Source: Octopus bimaculoides
Lineage: Eukaryota
DNA length: 52,215 nucleotides
Reading direction: 5' to 3'
Assembly: GCF_001194135.2 (NCBI RefSeq)
Contig: NC_069008.1
Location: forward strand, 9,865,229 to 9,917,443
Below the pieces are notes generated by a model, which ran no database searches, was not told the DNA's origin, and saw only the letters and a program-made list of their open reading frames with translations. Position 1 is the stretch's first letter; each line of letters starts with the position of its first letter. A program made the translations under genes and the position numbers. Positions 47,599 to 52,215 of the stretch are shown here, in pieces.

Positions 47599-49581
47599 CC
47601 TTTTTTATTTTGTAATTTGTGTTTGTGATTAGCATATTTAAAAACCTGATCTCTGATATAAACCTAAAAGAAAGTTTTTTCAGAAATCGTGTTGTCAGAG
47701 GTTATATTTGCACCCCCACTCCTTTTTGTTTCCAAAATTTCTAAAGGTTCCTATGTTTTCCATATAGGAGATTAGGATTTTGCCCACAAAATATGTTTTC
47801 AATATTTTAATTTCCCCCTCCCCATCCTAATTTAAAAATTTTTAACTAGTTTTGAAATTTTTTTTTGTTTTGTAATTCTGCATAGAAAAATATGTATCTC
47901 GAAAAATTCTTCTTCTTAATTTTTCTTAAAGGAACAATAAAATCCCCTTCCCAGACATCCACCCATCATCTCCCCGCATTCAAAAAGCTAAAAACTCCGA
48001 ATGCTTCACTTTTAGCTTTTTGGAAAGTGGGGAAGATTCTTCAGAAACAATGTCATTTAGCTGTTGTTTCTTGCATGTCGGGTTTTCTGGTGGTGGTCTG
48101 ATATTTTCTACATCTGCTATTTCAGTAGAATTCTATGCATTAGTGAAACATCAAATGAAAGTGAAACATTTGGAATTTTTAGCTTTTTGAAAGTGGGCAG
48201 GTGATGGGTGGGCAAGGTGGGGGAAGGGGTATTGAGTGTTTCTTTAAGAAAATTTAAAATTTAAAATATAAAAAAGTTTCCCCGATTTGTAATCTCTATT
48301 TTTCTATGTGGATTTTAAAAAAATTGAAAAAAGTTAAAAAATTAAGAAAATCTTTTGAAAATTTAAANNNNNNNNNNNNNNNNNNNNNNNNNNNNNNNNN
48401 NNNNNNNNNNNNNNNNNNNNNNNNNNNNNNNNNNNNNNNNNNNNNNNNNNNNNNNNNNNNNNNNNNNNNNNNNNNNNNNNNNNNNNNNNNNNNNNNNNNN
48501 NNNNNNNNNNNNNNNNNNNNNNNNNNNNNNNNNNNNNNNNNNNNNNNNNNNNNNNNNNNNNNNNNNNNNNNNNNNNNNNNNNNNNNNNNNNNNNNNNNNN
48601 NNNNNNNNNNNNNNNNNNNNNNNNNNNNNNNNNNNNNNNNNNNNNNNNNNNNNNNNNNNNNNNNNNNNNNNNNNNNNNNNNNNNNNNNNNNNNNNNNNNN
48701 NNNNNNNNNNNNNNNNNNNNNNNNNNNNNNNNNNNNNNNNNNNNNNNNNNNNNNNNNNNNNNNNNNNNNNNNNNNNNNNNNNNNNNNNNNNNNNNNNNNN
48801 NNNNNNNNNNNNNNNNNNNNNNNNNNNNNNNNNNNNNNNNNNNNTTTTATCCATGTAGAAAAATACAGAGATTACGAATCGGGGAAATATATTTTTTTAA
48901 AGGTTAATTTTTCTTAAAGAAACATTCAATGCCCCTTCCCCTACCTTGCCCACTCATCATCTACCCACTTTCAAAAAGTTAAAAACACCCAATGTTTCAC
49001 TTTCGTTTGATATTTCACACAAGCGTAGTATTCTGCTGAAATTGCAGATGTAAAAAATATCAGACCACCACCAGAAACCCTGACATGCTAGAAACAACAG
49101 CTAAATGACATTATTTCTGAAGAAACTTCCCCGCTTTCCAAAAAGCTAAAAGTGAAACATTGGAAGTTTGTGGCTTTTTGAAAATGGTGAGGTGAAGGGT
49201 GGATGTCTGGGAAGGAGATTTTAATGTTTCTTTAAGAAAAAAGAAAGAAGAAAATTCTAAAAGATTCGATTTCTGTATTTTTCTCCATGGATTACCAAGA
49301 AAAAAATTTCAAAAAAGTAAAAATGAAGAAATTGGTGTGGGGAGGAAGAAAATTAAAACATTGAGATTGTATTTTTTGGGTGAAATCCTAATCTCTTGTA
49401 TTGAAAACAGGAGAAATTTAGGAAAAAATCAATCAGGGGCAGGGTACAAACATCACCTTGGACATGCTAGAAACAACAGGTAAAGGATAGGATTTCTGGG
49501 AGAACCTCCTTTTAAGTTTATATTGAAGATCAGATCTTTAAATACGGTCATCACAATCCTGAATTACAGAATAGACAAAGG
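47599..49581. mobile_element. Foldback-like element: ~750-bp imperfect inverted arms around an assembly gap
   Basis: 47599-48367 matches the reverse complement of 48845-49581, e.g. GTCATTTAGCTGTTGTTTCT.GCATGTC..TTTCTGGTGGTGGTCTGATATTTT against AAAATATCAGACCACCACCAGAAA..GACATGCTAGAAACAACAGCTAAATGAC. Confidence 0.85.
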
Positions 49582-50780
49582 CGATTTCAATTAGATTTGA
49601 GCTGTAATTTTGTGCATGCACACAGTGAAAAAAATAATATAATTCACACAAAAGTTTTACCTAGAGAATGTATGTGTGTGCATGCATGTGCGTGTGTGGA
49701 TGTACCAAAGGAAGTTATTTTATAGCATTCTTTTGTTTGAAGCGGGAAAGTTGTCAGCTCAATCATATGGTCAATCATCTGTGAAAACTTTCTATTTCTT
49801 TATACTTTGAAGAGAGCAGAATTTGAAAGAGATGAGAAAGTGAAAGGGTGACATTTGCTTTGAAATGAGAGCAGAAAGTAAAAGAGAGAAGAAAGTGAAA
49901 GATGTATGTATATGTATATGAAATGGACGTGTGTGTGTGTGTGTGTGTGTGTGTGNNNNNNNNNNNNNNNNNNNNNNNNNNNNNNNNNNNNNNNNNNNNN
50001 NNNNNNNNNNNNNNNNNNNNNNNNNNNNNNNNNNNNNNNNNNNNNNNNNNNNNNNNNNNNNNNNNNNNNNNNNNNNNNNNNNNNNNNNNNNNNNNNNNNN
50101 NNNNNNNNNNNNNNNNNNNNNNNNNNNNNNNNNNNNNNNNNNNNNNNNNNNNNNNNNNNNNNNNNNNNNNNNNNNNNNNNNNNNNNNNNNNNNNNNNNNN
50201 NNNNNNNNNNNNNNNNNNNNNNNNNNNNNNNNNNNNNNNNNNNNNNNNNNNNNNNNNNNNNNNNNNNNNNNNNNNNNNNNNNNNNNNNNNNNNNNNNNNN
50301 NNNNNNNNNNNNNNNNNNNNNNNNNNNNNNNNNNNNNNNNNNNNNNNNNNNNNNNNNNNNNNNNNNNNNNNNNNNNNNNNNNNNNNNNNNNNNNNNNNNN
50401 NNNNNNNNNNNNNNNNNNNNNNNNNNNNNNNNNNNNNNNNNNNNNNNNNNNNNNNNNNNNNNNNNNNNNNNNNNNNNNNNNNNNNNNNNNNNNNNNNNNN
50501 NNNNNNNNNNNNNNNNNNNNNNNNNNNNNNNNNNNNNNNNNNNNNNNNNNNNNNNNNNNNNNNNNNNNNNNNNNNNNNNNNNNNNNNNNNNNNNNNNNNN
50601 NNNNNNNNNNNNNNNNNNNNNNNNNNNNNNNNNNNNNNNNNNNNNNNNNNNNNNNNNNNNNNNNNNNNNNNNNNNNNNNNNNNNNNNNNNNNNNNNNNNN
50701 NNNNNNNNNNNNNNNNNNNNNNNNNNNNNNNNNNNNNNNNNNNNNNNNNNNNNNNNNNNNNNNNNNNNNNNNNNNNNNNN

Positions 50781-50839
<59 letters not shown>

Positions 50840-50849
50840 ACACACACAA

Positions 50850-51010
50850 CAGGCTTCTTTCAGTTTCCCTCTGCCAAATCCGTCTGCTTTGATTGGCCTG
50901 AGGCTATAGTAGAGGACACTTGACATTTGCCCAAGGAGCCAAGTAGTGGGTTTGAACTTAGAACCATGTGGTTGATAAGCAAGGCCTTTACTACAGAGCC
51001 ACACCTGCAT
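50850..51010 (-). mobile_element. SINE family A head
   Basis: GGCTTCTTTCAGTTTCC..TTGCCCAAGG..GAACCATGTGGTTG. Confidence 0.75.
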
Positions 51011-51469
51011 CTAAAGTAGGAATGATTATTTTAAGATAGCTAAAAAGGCTCCTTGATATATAGTTCTCTTAGCCTCAACTCACAGTCTCAGATGAATTCA
51101 TTTGCCAAACAGGTACAACTCAGAGATAATTTTCGTTTGTTTACGACATTTGGGCGTGGGAAGGGAGGAATTGAAAATATGCTATTTTCAGAACAGTTTT
51201 AAATTAGGCTGGATTAGAAACACATATAAAGACAATTTTTGCCAAAAAGATGCAGTTCTAGCCAAAATACTTCTACTTTACAGACAGCTGTGTAAAAGGG
51301 TATGATACTTACTTTTTAAAGAGACTATGTATTTTGTTTACATATACCTATGAAGATAGAGTATATTTGTGTGTACATACACACACACACACACACACAC
51401 ACATAGAATGTATTTGTATGTGTGTATGTTTATGTGTGTGTGTGTGTGTATACATATATATTTTTTTAT

Positions 51470-51860
51470 CCTTTTACTTGTTATAGTCATTAGATTGTGG
51501 CCATGCTGGGGCACCACCTTAAAGAATTTTAGTCAAATGAATCGTCCCCCCCCTCTATACTTATTTTTTAAGCCTGGTACTTATTCTATCAGTCTCTTTT
51601 GCCAAACCTCTAACTCACAGTGACATTAACACACCAGTACCAGTTGTCAAGCAGTGGTGTGGGACAAACACAATCACAGACATAGTTACAGACATGTGCA
51701 CACACACACGATGGGCTTCTTTCAGTTTCCATCTACCAAATTCACCCATGAAGCTTTGGTTAACCCAAGGCTATAGTAGAAGACACTCACCCAAAGTGCT
51801 ATGCAGTGGGACTGAATTCAGTCATGGTTGAAAAGCAAACTTCTTATCACACGGCCATGC
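51470..51860 (-). mobile_element. SINE family A, full length
   Basis: Tail GTGGCCATGCTGGGGCACCACC through head CACACGGCCATGCCTGCAC. Confidence 0.82.
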
Positions 51861-51904
51861 CTGCACTTATTGTATGCATACATGTAAATGTACAAGTCAT
51901 GTAC

Positions 51905-52215
51905 AATTGGAGATTTCTGCGGGACAACCTGTTGAAAGCCACCGACCAGATTTGTGGGTGGTGTAAGGTCCCCTCCCAACCCAGAGTAACGTGGTGGTGG
52001 AACAAGGAGGTAGACAGGGCTATTAGACAAAAGAAACAAGCTTGGAAGGACTGGAAGAACGGTGGTAGCAGGGAATTGTACCAATGTGCCAGAAGGGAGG
52101 CTAGGCGACAGGTTTATTTAGCCAGAGGGGAAGCAGATAAGGAAAGATTTGCCAATGTTCTGCGCCGTGAGGACCAAAGACTCAAGGTATTTCGGGTTGC
52201 AAGACAGTGTAGGAG
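51905..52215 (+). mobile_element. 5'-truncated RTE-clade LINE, ORF2 EN-RT linker, running off the window
   Basis: Stop-free frame from 51908: WRFLRDNLLKATDQICGWCK..TWWWNKEVDRAIRQKKQAWKDWK..YQCARREARRQVYLARGEA..VFRVARQCR, a typical RTE TWWWNEEV..KK..FK.W linker. It is absent from the ORF track because no stop occurs before the edge. Confidence 0.85.

Overview
This is an AT-rich, gap-ridden stretch of non-coding animal DNA, probably intronic or intergenic. The repeat families look like those of Octopus (inference from SINE/LINE motifs, not proven). No host protein-coding gene can be supported. Most listed ORFs are microsatellite or N-gap artefacts, and the recognisable protein remnants are transposon-derived: two RTE-clade LINE pieces, four Tc1/mariner copies (two mariner DD34D-type, two maT/DD37D-type), an RLE-type non-LTR relic and a hAT BED-finger relic. 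Dozens of modular tRNA-derived SINE copies are also present. The most interesting structure is a near-perfect 147-bp inverted repeat (34375-34746). Each arm carries a complete minimal type-I hammerhead ribozyme of the Penelope-like kind, and a more decayed palindrome with similar ends lies at 9809-10400. Other notable items are a 1030-bp long-TIR element with a 6-bp TSD and telomere-like repeats, a telomere-loop hairpin, a head-to-head (twin-priming-like) RTE insertion, variable hairpin arrays in RTE-like 3' ends, a palindrome of exon-like cassettes and a nested foldback element. All alignments were done by eye; family names are provisional until checked against Dfam/Repbase.
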